A DNA stretch of 64,000 nt, from the NCBI GenBank assembly GCA_036570125.1, contig DATCPK010000155.1, forward strand, positions 2,075 through 66,074. The letters are read 5' to 3'. Source of the stretch: Candidatus Limnocylindria bacterium (GTDB lineage: Bacteria > Chloroflexota > Limnocylindria > P2-11E). The notes beneath the pieces were generated by a model that searched no databases, had not been told where the DNA came from, and was given only the letters and a program-made list of their open reading frames with translations. The position numbers and the translations under genes are program-made. This document shows, piece after piece, positions 42,203 through 51,207 of the stretch (the first letter of the stretch is position 1; each line of letters opens with the position of its first letter).

Positions 42203-42747
42203 AACGCGCCGCCGTCCTCGCGCCCGGATATGGCGGTACCGCGGAGCAGCCGATCCTCCGGAAGCTCAAGGCCGCGCTCGATGGATTTGGCATCGCGTCG
42301 CGAGCGGTGACGTTCAGAACGAGTGGAACGCGGCCGAGCAGGGACTACGTCTCGGAGCTCGAGGATCTCCGCGAGACGCGCGACGCATTTCGCACCGACG
42401 GATACGAGCGCGTCGCGCTCGTTGGGCGCTCGTTCGGTGGCCGGATGAGCGCCTTTCTCGCCCAGCGCGAACCGCCGGACGCGCTCGTCATCCTCGGGCA
42501 CCCGATCGCGCCTCCAAAGCGGCCGCGCCCGCGCGACGAGGCGGCTCTTGCCGCCACCACCTGTCCGACACTCGTCGTCCAGGGCGACAAGGACGAGCTC
42601 GGGCCGTTCGCCGTCCTCGAGCGGATCGCGGCAAACAATCCGCGGATCGACCTGGTCCGCATCGCCGGAGCGGGGCATGACTTTGGCTCGCGCGAGCCCG
42701 AGGCGGTCGCGGCAGCTGCACGATGGCTGGATAGCGTCCTGCGCTGA
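42199..42747 (+). CDS. Small alpha/beta-fold hydrolase
   Basis: GTGA overlap with the ligD stop. Nucleophile elbow GRSFGG, VVQGDKDE and a C-terminal GAGHDF (His). Confidence 0.65.
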   Translation: MKRAAVLAPGYGGTAEQPILRKLKAALDGFGIASRAVTFRTSGTRPSRDYVSELEDLRETRDAFRTDGYERVALVGRSFGGRMSAFLAQREPPDALVILGHPIAPPKRPRPRDEAALAATTCPTLVVQGDKDELGPFAVLERIAANNPRIDLVRIAGAGHDFGSREPEAVAAAARWLDSVLR

Positions 42748-42829
42748 CGGAATCCTCCGCGTGTCCTTCACAACCAGTTCATCACCGTCTGTGACATTTC
42801 CTCTCGACAAGATCGCAAAGGAGATTGGA

Positions 42830-43201
42830 ATGCGAGGCATCTTCGGAATCATCGTGGTGCTCGTGATCGCGGCGATCGCGGGCGCATTCGGGTACCAGCT
42901 GGGGGTATCGCAGGGACTCGTCGCGACGGGTACGGCGGTCGCGCCGGCCGTCTACTACCACCCCTTCTTTTTCGGAGGATTCGGGTTCCTGTTCCCGCTC
43001 CTCTTCATCTTCCTCATCTTCGGGCTCCTGCGAGCCGCGTTCGGGCGCGGACGGGGATGGGGGTACGGCGGCGGATGGGGTGGCATGGGGCCGGGCTACT
43101 ACCAGAGCCCGCGCGACCGGATCGAGGCGCTCCACAAGGAGCTGCATGGTGAGAAGCCGCAGGACAGCGGGACCTCATCGACTCCGCCCAGCGGCCGGTA
43201 G
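42830..43201 (+). CDS. Small Gly/aromatic-rich membrane protein, function unknown
   Basis: ATG 42830 follows an AAAGGAG SD. Two TMs, then GRGRGWGYGGGWGGMGPGYY and a charged tail. Lies directly upstream of the two-component pair. Confidence 0.5.
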   Translation: MRGIFGIIVVLVIAAIAGAFGYQLGVSQGLVATGTAVAPAVYYHPFFFGGFGFLFPLLFIFLIFGLLRAAFGRGRGWGYGGGWGGMGPGYYQSPRDRIEALHKELHGEKPQDSGTSSTPPSGR

Positions 43202-43270
43202 TCGGCGCGTGCCCAACGAGACGCCGGACAGTGGTCCGGCGTCTCTGCGTACCTAAGATTCGACCGACCG

Positions 43271-43957
43271 ATGAAGACCGTCATGGTCGTCGACGACGAG
43301 CCGAAGATCGTTCAGCTCGCGCGTGACTATCTCGAGCACGCCGGATTCGCAGTCGTCGTGGCGCACGACGGAAAAGCCGCGTTGGCGACCGCGCGCACCC
43401 GAAAGCCCGATCTCGTTGTCCTCGACCTCGGCCTCCCCGAGCTCGACGGCCTCGACGTCGCGCGGACGCTCCGCGCAGAGTCCAATGTGCCGATCGTCAT
43501 GCTCACCGGTCGCAGCGAAGAGTCGGACAAGCTGGTCGGCCTCGAGTTAGGCGCGGATGACTACGTCACGAAGCCGTTCAGTCCCAAGGAGCTCGTGGCG
43601 CGCGTGCGCGCCGTTCTCCGACGGACCGAGCGTCCGCGATCTCTGACCGAGATCGTCCGCGTCGGAGAGGTGACCCTGGACATACCGCGGATGCGCATGA
43701 CGGTCGCGGACCGCGGAGTCGAACTCACGCCGACGGAGTTCCAGCTCGTCGCCACGATGGCGCGCGAGCCCGGCCGCGTGTTCACGCGGTCGCAGCTGCT
43801 CGATGCAGTGCACGGCGTCGCCTTCGAATCGTACGAGCGCGCCATCGACGCGCACGTGAAGAACATCCGCCACAAGCTCGAGCCGGATCCGGCGCGACCG
43901 CGCTATCTCCTCACCGTCTACGGCGTCGGCTATCGCTTCGCGGAGCTCGACGAGTGA
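43271..43957 (+). CDS. OmpR/PhoB-family response regulator
   Basis: Receiver (VVDDEP ... DLVVLDLGLPELDG ... K) and winged-helix output (LTPTEFQLV ... YLLTVYGVGYRF). Confidence 0.92.
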   Translation: MKTVMVVDDEPKIVQLARDYLEHAGFAVVVAHDGKAALATARTRKPDLVVLDLGLPELDGLDVARTLRAESNVPIVMLTGRSEESDKLVGLELGADDYVTKPFSPKELVARVRAVLRRTERPRSLTEIVRVGEVTLDIPRMRMTVADRGVELTPTEFQLVATMAREPGRVFTRSQLLDAVHGVAFESYERAIDAHVKNIRHKLEPDPARPRYLLTVYGVGYRFAELDE

Positions 43958-45057
43958 GACGCGGTGGTCGCTGGGATCGTCCCCGACAACGCCCGCCGTG
44001 GTGGCCTGAGAACGAGGAGTTCCCGCCGCGAGGGGGTTGGGCTCGAGGCACGGTCGTGCGACGCATGGCGATGTTCTTCGTCTTCGCCGCAGTGCTCTCG
44101 GTCGTCGGCGCGACGGTCATCTTCTGGACTCTCGCGACGGCGCTCGGAGCGTCGGACCTGGTCGGCAACATCGCCCGCGGCGTGGCGCTGCTCATCGTCG
44201 TGTTTGGCTTCCTCTTCGCGGCACGGTCGCTCCGTCGGCTCGCCGCTCCGACCGGCGACGTGATCGAGGCTGTCGGCCGCGTCGCCGACGGCGATCTCTC
44301 GATCCGCGTGCGCGAGCGCGGCGCCCGCGAGGCGCGCGCTCTGGCGCGCGCGTTCAACGCGATGACCAGCCGGCTCGAGGCCGGCGAGGAGCAACGCCGG
44401 CGCCTGCTCGCGGACGTGAGCCACGAGCTCCGCACACCCCTTTCGGTGGTCCAAGGCAACCTCGAGGCGCTGGTCGACGGGGTCCATCCCGCGGACGAGG
44501 CGCACCTGGTCGCGATCCTCGACGAGACGAAGGTGCTCTCGCGCCTCGTCGAGGATCTGCGCACGCTATCGCTGGCGGAGTCCGGCGCGCTCACTCTCCA
44601 TCGCGAGGCGATCGACGTCGGCGTGCTGGTGCGCGAGATGGTCGACTCGTTCGGTTCGCAGGCCGAGCCGGCGGGCGTCAAGATCGATGCGCAGGTACCG
44701 AGCGGCTTGCCGCAGGTCGACGCCGATCCCGTGCGGGCGCGCGAGATCCTCACGAACCTGATCGCCAACGCCCTTCGGTACACGCCGCGTGGCGGCCGCG
44801 TCAGCGTCGAGGCGCGCGCAACGGATGCGTCGGTCGCGATCGAGGTGCGCGACACCGGCGCCGGGATCGCGCCGGACCACATCGGCCGGATCTTCGATCG
44901 GTTCTACAAATCCGCGGAGTCTCGCGGCGCGGGTCTGGGTCTGGCGATCGCGAAACAGCTCGTGGAGGCGCACGGCGGCGAGATCTCGGCCACGAGCGTC
45001 CCTGGAGAGGGCACGGACATCCGTTTCACCCTCCCGGTCGAGTCGCCCGTCCCCTAG
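43954..45057 (+). CDS. Sensor histidine kinase (2 TM with almost no periplasmic loop, HAMP, HisKA, HATPase_c)
   Basis: H-box ADVSHELRTPL, N box LTNLIANALRY, G1 DTGAGI, G2 GAGLGLAIA. 4-nt overlap with the regulator gene. Confidence 0.9.
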   Translation: MRRGGRWDRPRQRPPWWPENEEFPPRGGWARGTVVRRMAMFFVFAAVLSVVGATVIFWTLATALGASDLVGNIARGVALLIVVFGFLFAARSLRRLAAPTGDVIEAVGRVADGDLSIRVRERGAREARALARAFNAMTSRLEAGEEQRRRLLADVSHELRTPLSVVQGNLEALVDGVHPADEAHLVAILDETKVLSRLVEDLRTLSLAESGALTLHREAIDVGVLVREMVDSFGSQAEPAGVKIDAQVPSGLPQVDADPVRAREILTNLIANALRYTPRGGRVSVEARATDASVAIEVRDTGAGIAPDHIGRIFDRFYKSAESRGAGLGLAIAKQLVEAHGGEISATSVPGEGTDIRFTLPVESPVP

Positions 45058-45060
45058 CCC

Positions 45061-46569
45061 TTACGGCGCGCTCTTCGTTCCTTCCGCCGCGTCGATCTGC
45101 GCACGCTGAAGCTTGCCCGAGTAGTCAACGTAGATCGACTTCCACTCGGAGTAGACGTCGAGCGCCGCACGACCAGCCTCGCGGTGACCGTTGCCGGTCG
45201 CCTTCATTCCGCCGAAGGGCAGCTGGATCTCCGCGCCGATCGTGCCCGCGTTCACGTACACGATCCCCGTCTCCGCATCGCGCATGAAGCGGAACGCGTT
45301 GTTCACGTTGCGCGTGTAGATCGAGCTCGAGAGCCCGTACTTCGTCGAGTTCACGGCCTTGATCGCTTCGTCGACGCTCGAGACCTCGATCACCGCCGTC
45401 ACCGGGCCGAAGATCTCTTCCTGAGCGACGCGCATGTTCGGCTTCACGTCGACGAGCACCGTCGGCTCGTGGAAGAAGCCTTTGCCGAGAGCGCCCTCCG
45501 TTGAGACGTGTCCGCCGGCGGCGATCGTGGCGCCTTCCTTCTCGGCGACCGGAATGAACGAATGCACGCGCTCGAGCTGGGAGGCCGATACGACGGGGCC
45601 GACATCCGTGGACGCCTCGAGCCCGTTCCCGAGCTTGAGCTTCTTGGCCCTGCCGACGAGCTTGTCGACCAGTTCCTTCGCGACGCTCTTGTGAGCGATG
45701 ACCCGCGACGCCGCGGTGCATCGCTGTCCGGAGGTGCCGAACGCCGACCACACGATCCCGTCGAGGGAGAGGTCGACGTCCGCGTCGTCGAGGACGACGA
45801 TCGCGTTCTTTCCGCCGAGCTCGCACGACACGCGCTTCAGAAGGCGTCCGCCGATCTCGCTGATGTGCGAGCCGGTGTCGGACGAACCGGTGAACGAGAT
45901 GAGATCGACGCCCGGATGCGAAACGAGATGGTCTCCGAGCTCGCCACCGGAGCCGAGCACGAGGTTGATGACGCCCTTCGGGAGCCCTGCTTCTTCGAGG
46001 ATTTCGACGAGGCGTACAGCGAGCATCGGCGTGTACGAGGCCGGCTTGAACACGATGGTGTTGCCGAGGATGAGCGCCGGCATGATCTTCCAGGTCGGGA
46101 TCGCGAACGGGAAATTCCAAGGAGTGATCGCGGCGACCACGCCCACCGGGTGCCGCATGCTCATCGCCCATTTGTTGGGGAGCTCTGCCGGAACGACGTC
46201 GCCGAACTGGCGGCGCCCCTCGCCGGCGATGTAGTAGGTCATGTCGATGCCCTCTTGGACATCGCCGCGCGATTCGGCGAGCACCTTGCCCATCTCGCGC
46301 GTCATCTCGCGCGCGAGATCGTCCTTGCGCGTGAGCATGATCTCGCCGGCGCGATAGAGGATCTCGCCACGCTTCGGGGCGGGGTAGAGGCGCCAGCCGT
46401 CGAGAGCGCGCCGCGCCGCATCCACTGCCTTGTCCACATCGGCGACCGTCGACTTCGCGCAGTTCGCGATCAGCTCGCCGGTCGCGGGATTGGTGTTCTC
46501 GAACGTGCCGCCGCCTGATGCGTCGATCCAGCGGCCGTCGATGTAGTTCTGAAGCGTGGGCGTCGCCAT
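45061..46569 (-). CDS. NAD(P)-dependent aldehyde dehydrogenase
   Basis: 502 aa with ELGGKN (catalytic Glu), FGTSGQRCTAAS (catalytic Cys) and EEIFGPV. Confidence 0.93.
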   Translation of the reverse strand: MATPTLQNYIDGRWIDASGGGTFENTNPATGELIANCAKSTVADVDKAVDAARRALDGWRLYPAPKRGEILYRAGEIMLTRKDDLAREMTREMGKVLAESRGDVQEGIDMTYYIAGEGRRQFGDVVPAELPNKWAMSMRHPVGVVAAITPWNFPFAIPTWKIMPALILGNTIVFKPASYTPMLAVRLVEILEEAGLPKGVINLVLGSGGELGDHLVSHPGVDLISFTGSSDTGSHISEIGGRLLKRVSCELGGKNAIVVLDDADVDLSLDGIVWSAFGTSGQRCTAASRVIAHKSVAKELVDKLVGRAKKLKLGNGLEASTDVGPVVSASQLERVHSFIPVAEKEGATIAAGGHVSTEGALGKGFFHEPTVLVDVKPNMRVAQEEIFGPVTAVIEVSSVDEAIKAVNSTKYGLSSSIYTRNVNNAFRFMRDAETGIVYVNAGTIGAEIQLPFGGMKATGNGHREAGRAALDVYSEWKSIYVDYSGKLQRAQIDAAEGTKSAP

Positions 46570-46606
46570 CTATGACTCCCCCTTGTGTATGGAGGATGGT
46601 AGGCGG

Positions 46607-47359
46607 CTAGATGGCGCCCATGCGCAGGAGTACCGCGAAGAGATGCGCGATGCGCCGCGCCCCGAGGTCGTCGAGGAACAGGGTCCGCGCGGCTTCGGCC
46701 GCGGCTTGTGAGTCGACCTTCTCTTCAACCTGTGCCTGCGGAGCCGGGCCGCGAGGCGCGGCGGCCGCGCGTGCCGTCACGGGGTTCGGTTGCGGGGCCG
46801 CGGGAACGATGATCTTCGCGGTGCCACCCGGGCCTCCAAAGTCCGCCGCCCAGTACCACTTGTACGTGGAGTTCGCCTCGTACACGAGCCCGATGCCGAT
46901 GGCGTTGTAGTTCGGATTCAACAGCACCGCGTTGTGCGCAGGGCTCGCCTGCCATCCGGCGAGCACCGCGCTCGCGGTGCCGTACCCCGCGCCGAGGTCC
47001 TCACCTGTGTACATGGAGGTGGCTGGATAACCGAACGCCGACATGCGTTGCGTCGGAGAGCGTCCGTCCGAAGAGACATGCCCGACGTAGTTCCGTGCGG
47101 CCATGTCGCCGGCCATCCACCCCGCAGCTGCGGTGATCGAGCCGTTCGGCGACACCGTTTGCACCCCGCTGCTCGTGCGATACGCGTTGATGAGCCCGAT
47201 GAGATCGCTCTGTGCGGTCGCGGTCTCGAAGCTCGGCCCGATTCGTGTGGCCGCCGCCGCGGATGCCGAAGAGCCCATGGCGATGGCAGCGACGGCGAAC
47301 AGGGTGGCCAGCGCACGGCGAAGCATCGGCACTCCTTTGGGGTAACGGTCTGGCAACAA
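46607..47359 (-). CDS. Secreted CAP/SCP (PR-1-like) domain protein
   Basis: Signal peptide MLRRALATLFAVAAIAMGSSASAAA (alternative start 47326). CAP pattern GHVSSDG ... GEDLG ... WQASPAHNAVLLNPNYNAIGIG. Low-complexity C-terminal extension. Confidence 0.8.
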   Translation of the reverse strand: MLPDRYPKGVPMLRRALATLFAVAAIAMGSSASAAAATRIGPSFETATAQSDLIGLINAYRTSSGVQTVSPNGSITAAAGWMAGDMAARNYVGHVSSDGRSPTQRMSAFGYPATSMYTGEDLGAGYGTASAVLAGWQASPAHNAVLLNPNYNAIGIGLVYEANSTYKWYWAADFGGPGGTAKIIVPAAPQPNPVTARAAAAPRGPAPQAQVEEKVDSQAAAEAARTLFLDDLGARRIAHLFAVLLRMGAI

Positions 47360-47513
47360 CGACCGTACGGATGCGCAGCCAGGCTGTCAGCACTTTCGCT
47401 CGAAATCGTCCGCAAATGGTGCTGTCACGCGACCGTCAAGGCCAGCCCAACCGAATGGATCGGATGCTTTGGGCGCGAACCGGAACGGGTGCGCGCTCGC
47501 TTGCCCGGTGGTC

Positions 47514-47636
47514 CTAGAAGGAGGCTCCGTAGAAGAGCCAGATCGTGAGCGCCCCGACCGCGATGATGCCGAGGAAGATCAGAACGAACGCGATGTTCGC
47601 CTGACGCTCTGGATCGTTCTGCGTGAAACGGTCCAT
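47514..47636 (-). CDS. Candidate 40-aa single-TM micro-protein (MDRFTQNDPERQANIAFVLIFLGIIAVGALTIWLFYGASF)
   Basis: ATG..TAG ORF below the ORF-track cutoff, read by hand. It has a clean TM helix and GC3-rich codons. It starts 20 nt downstream of the tRNA-Ala(CGC) 3' end and has no clear SD. Confidence 0.25.
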   Translation of the reverse strand: MDRFTQNDPERQANIAFVLIFLGIIAVGALTIWLFYGASF

Positions 47637-47656
47637 CTAGACCTTGGAGGGTCCTG

Positions 47657-47729
47657 TGGAGCTGCGGGGGATCGAACCCCGGACCTCATGAGTGCGATTC
47701 ATGCGCTCTCCCAGCTGAGCTACAGCCCC
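47657..47729 (-). tRNA. tRNA-Ala (anticodon CGC), CCA not encoded
   Basis: The minus strand reads GGGGCTG-TA-GCTC-AGCTGGGA-GAGC-G-CATGA-ATCGCAC-TCATG-AGGTC-CGGGG-TTCGATC-CCCCG-CAGCTCC-A. G3:U70 is present. Confidence 0.9.
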
Positions 47730-47856
47730 GTACGCGGCCGATGCACGAAAACGATACGCGGTCGTGGGGCCTCTCGCCACCACCGAGAGCGCGAGTGCTC
47801 GTCCAATCCCTGCACGCAGATGAACGCGTGGCACGGTCCCTGCGTCCGGGCAGGCG

Positions 47857-49032
47857 GTGAATCCTCTCCCCGCGCCCGATCCCCTGAGCGACCTCCAGCG
47901 GAGCGGCCTCGCGCGTTTTTCGCCTCGTCGTTGGGGACTGCCGTCGCTCGTGGATTGGTGGCCGGCCTATCTCCTCGTCGCGGTCCTGGCGTTCCTTGGG
48001 ATCCTTGTAACGCTTCGGCTACTCGTCGACGTGATCGCGCCGTTCGCGCACGTGCTCCTCATCGCCGCATTCGGCGGCGTCCTCACCATTTCGCTCGCGC
48101 CCCTCGTAGCGCGTTTGGACCGATGGATTCCGCGTCGCGCCGCGGTCGTGGTCGTTTTCTTCGGAACGCTCCTCTCGGTCCTCGGCCTCGCCGCCATCCT
48201 GGTCTGGCAGCTCGCGACGGAGGGTCAGCGTCTATCGAGCCAGCTCTCCGACATCGTGAACGCGCTCGAGGGCAAGAACCCGGTCGTCATCGGTCTCTAC
48301 GGATTACCGGCGAACGTGCAGGAGAGTCTCCGGCAGATGTTCGCGCCGCTCGCGGCCGGTATGGCCGAGCGGACCGCGGGTCTCGCGCTCGCACTCGCGT
48401 CCTCGCTCGTAGACCTGGTGCTCGTTCTCGTCGTCACGTTCTACTTTCTCCTGGACGAGCGGCGCCTGCGCGTCGCGTTGTTCCGCACCTTCGAACCACA
48501 ACGCCGTCCAGCCGTGAGGCGTGTCTTCCAAGAGGTCTCGCGTGTCTTCGGCGCATACGTTCGCGCGCAGCTCCTTCTCGCGCTGTCCATCGGAGTGCTC
48601 GTGGGCGTCGCGCTTCTTCTGCTCGGCGTGCCGTACGCGCTCTTCCTCGCGATGTTCGCCGCGCTTGCGGAGCTCATCCCGATGGTCGGTCCGATCGCGG
48701 GCGCGATCCCCGCGCTGCTGGTCGCCGCGACGATGCCGTTCCCGATGGTTCTGTGGGTGGCCGCCGCGTTTCTCGTCATCCAGCAGCTCGAGTCAAACGT
48801 GCTCATGCCACGTCTCTCCGGACACGCCGTCGGACTGCATCCGGTGGGCTCGATCCTCGCGCTCGCTCTCGGGTTCGAGCTCTGGGGCGTCATCGGCGCG
48901 CTGTTCGCCGTACCAACCGCGGGTCTGTTGTGGGTGCTGATCTCGACCGCGGTGCGCGCGTGGCGCGACAAACGGATCCAGCTGCGGCGGTGGGCGCGAC
49001 CCGCGCGACGGCTTCGCGCTCGCGCGAGCTAG
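47857..49032 (+). CDS. AI-2E (PerM/UPF0118) family transporter, second copy
   Basis: 391 aa and polytopic. AELIPMVGPIAGAIPALLVA and VIQQLESNVLMPRL are typical AI-2E motifs. Confidence 0.85.
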   Translation: MNPLPAPDPLSDLQRSGLARFSPRRWGLPSLVDWWPAYLLVAVLAFLGILVTLRLLVDVIAPFAHVLLIAAFGGVLTISLAPLVARLDRWIPRRAAVVVVFFGTLLSVLGLAAILVWQLATEGQRLSSQLSDIVNALEGKNPVVIGLYGLPANVQESLRQMFAPLAAGMAERTAGLALALASSLVDLVLVLVVTFYFLLDERRLRVALFRTFEPQRRPAVRRVFQEVSRVFGAYVRAQLLLALSIGVLVGVALLLLGVPYALFLAMFAALAELIPMVGPIAGAIPALLVAATMPFPMVLWVAAAFLVIQQLESNVLMPRLSGHAVGLHPVGSILALALGFELWGVIGALFAVPTAGLLWVLISTAVRAWRDKRIQLRRWARPARRLRARAS

Positions 49033-49382
49033 GCGATCCGGAGGACGACGGGAGCGTCGCCCCAGAGACGCTCGAGGCGGTACAGCTGACGCTCCTCCGG
49101 AACGAACGCGTGAACGACGACGTCGCCGAGGTCGATCAACACCCAGCGACCTCCGCTGTAGCCCTCGACACCGACCGGCCGGCGGCCTGCTTCGATCGCC
49201 TTTTCGCGCACGGCATCGGCGATCGCCTGCACCTGTCGCTCGCCCCTTCCGGTGCAGATGACGAACAGGTCCGCGATCGTCGTGAGCTCGGAGACATTCA
49301 GCACGAGGATGTCCTCGGCCTTCTTGTCGCCCGCGGCGTCGACCACGACGTCGGCCATGGCTCTGGGCGAGAGGTCGGTCAT
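49029..49382 (-). CDS. rsfS: Ribosome silencing factor RsfS (iojap)
   Basis: DILVLNVSELTTIADLFVICTG ... RQVQAIADAV ... WVLIDLGDVVVHAF ... R..Y.LE.LW pattern. Confidence 0.9.
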   Translation of the reverse strand: MTDLSPRAMADVVVDAAGDKKAEDILVLNVSELTTIADLFVICTGRGERQVQAIADAVREKAIEAGRRPVGVEGYSGGRWVLIDLGDVVVHAFVPEERQLYRLERLWGDAPVVLRIA

Positions 49383-49957
49383 CGGTACAGGCGGTGCTCC
49401 TCGATGTAGCGCAGTGCTGCCTTAGGGACAAGGTAGCGCAGCGACCTGCCGCGCGCGGCCCTGGCGCGAAGCTCGCGCGAGCTGATGTCCATGAGCGGAG
49501 AATCCAACATTCGCACCCCCGCGGGTGCATTCGGTACGCCAGGCCTCGCTGCCAGCACGATCGTCGCGAGCTCCTTGATGCGTGCCGGTTCGCGCCAGCG
49601 CGCGAAATCGGCGTACGCGTCGCTCCCCAGGATGAGGAAGAGCTCTCCCTCGCCGCGCAGAGACTCGAGGGTGTCGACCGTGAACGATGGTCCCTTGCGC
49701 TCGAGCTCGATCGGGGAGACGCGGAAGCGAGGCTCGTCCGCTATTGCCGCCGTGAGCATCGCGAGACGGTCGTCGGCGCTGGCCGCCGGTCCATCCTGTT
49801 TCAGCGGCGAGCGAAGCGCGGGCACGAAGTAGACGCGGTCGAGTGCGAGCTCGTCGAGCGCCGCGTTCGCGATCGCGAGATGGCCGACGTGGACCGGGTC
49901 GAAGGTGCCGCCGAAGACGCCGACCCCACTCACTCCTCTTCCGCCCGTTCGCTCCAC
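49379..49957 (-). CDS. nadD: Nicotinate-nucleotide adenylyltransferase
   Basis: GVFGGTFDPVHVGHL (the (H/T)xGH motif) and ISSRELR. An alternative GTG start at 49933 overlaps the obg stop (GTGA). Confidence 0.9.
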   Translation of the reverse strand: MERTGGRGVSGVGVFGGTFDPVHVGHLAIANAALDELALDRVYFVPALRSPLKQDGPAASADDRLAMLTAAIADEPRFRVSPIELERKGPSFTVDTLESLRGEGELFLILGSDAYADFARWREPARIKELATIVLAARPGVPNAPAGVRMLDSPLMDISSRELRARAARGRSLRYLVPKAALRYIEEHRLYR

Positions 49958-51204
49958 TCCATCTCGAGGCCACCGATGCGGACCGTGTCACCTTCCTTCG
50001 CGCCGAGCGCGCGCAGCTCGCGCTCGATCCCTGTGCGGATGAGCTGGCGCTGAAAGTACGCAGCCGCGTCGGGGGACTCCCAGTCGAGGCCAGACGCGAG
50101 TCGCACCACGCGATCGCCTTCGATGCGAAACGCTTCTCCTTCTCGCTTCACGTGCCAATCCCGGCCTCCTCCGGCGAAGGCGATGCGCCGCTCGCGCGGC
50201 GCCTGGGCGGCCACCGCCTCACGCGGCGGGCATCGGTCGAAGATCTGGCGAAGAAGATCGGCGGTCCCCTCTCGCGCCGCAGCCGATAGGGCCACGCTGG
50301 CCACGCCGCGTTCGGCGAGCGCGCGCGCGATGCGCGGCGCGGCCTCGCGCGCCTCTGGAAGGTCGAGCTTGTTCAGCGCGACGAGCTGCGGGCGTTCCTC
50401 GAGGCCGTGCCCGTAGCTTCCGAGCTCGGTGTCGATCGTGGCGATGTCCTGGAGCGGATCGGGCCGAGAGGCGTCGACGACGTGGACGAGAAGCCGGGTG
50501 CGCTCGACGTGGCGCAGGAACTCTTCGCCGAGACCGAGGCCGCGGCTCGCCCCCTCGATGAGGCCGGGGATGTCGGCGACGACGAGCTCGCGATCGTCCA
50601 GACGCGCGACGCCCAGGTTCGGAGTGAGCGTCGTGAATGGGTAGTCCGCGATCTTCGGACGAGCGCTTGTGAGCGCCGCCAGGAGGGTCGACTTCCCGGC
50701 ATTCGGCAACCCCGCGAGGCCCACGTCCGCGAGGAGCTTGAGCTCGAGGTCGATCTCTCGACGCTCGCCTTTGCCGCCGTCCTCGGCGATGCGTGGCGCG
50801 CGCCGCGTGCTCGTCGCGAAGCGGGAATTTCCTTTTCCTCCCGAGCCACCGCGGGCGACGATGAGCTCCTCGCCCGGCGCTACGAGATCGGCGACCGTCG
50901 CGCCGGTCGCGCGATCGATGACGAGCGTTCCCGGCGGGACGTTCAGTACCCGATCCCCACCCGAGCGTCCGCTGCTGTTGCGTCCGCTGCCCGGCTTTCC
51001 CGCGTCCGCGTCTATCTGCTTGGTGTAGCGAAAGTCGGTGAGGGTTCCGAGCTGCGGATCCACTCGAAGAACGACGTCGCCGCCTTTGCCGCCGTCGCCG
51101 CCATCGGGTCCTCCGCGAGGAACATGAGCCTCGCGCCGGAACGAGATGATGCCCCGGCCACCATCGCCCCCGCGGACCACGAGGCGTGCGCGATCGATGA
51201 ACAC
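49930..51204 (-). CDS. obg: GTPase Obg/CgtA
   Basis: MFIDRARLVVRGGDGGRGIISFRRE ... Gly-rich Obg fold. G1 GLPNAGKST, G3 DIPGLIEGA, G4 NKLD. C-terminal OCT-like domain. Confidence 0.95.
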   Translation of the reverse strand: MFIDRARLVVRGGDGGRGIISFRREAHVPRGGPDGGDGGKGGDVVLRVDPQLGTLTDFRYTKQIDADAGKPGSGRNSSGRSGGDRVLNVPPGTLVIDRATGATVADLVAPGEELIVARGGSGGKGNSRFATSTRRAPRIAEDGGKGERREIDLELKLLADVGLAGLPNAGKSTLLAALTSARPKIADYPFTTLTPNLGVARLDDRELVVADIPGLIEGASRGLGLGEEFLRHVERTRLLVHVVDASRPDPLQDIATIDTELGSYGHGLEERPQLVALNKLDLPEAREAAPRIARALAERGVASVALSAAAREGTADLLRQIFDRCPPREAVAAQAPRERRIAFAGGGRDWHVKREGEAFRIEGDRVVRLASGLDWESPDAAAYFQRQLIRTGIERELRALGAKEGDTVRIGGLEMEWSERAEEE

Positions 51205-51207
51205 CGT

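Noticed and set aside
47469-49409. 646-aa plus-strand ORF covering the tRNA-Ala(CGC), the AI-2E gene and rsfS
   Set aside because: Out of frame with the convincing AI-2E permease, it crosses a tRNA gene and has Arg/Ala/Pro-rich low-complexity sequence.
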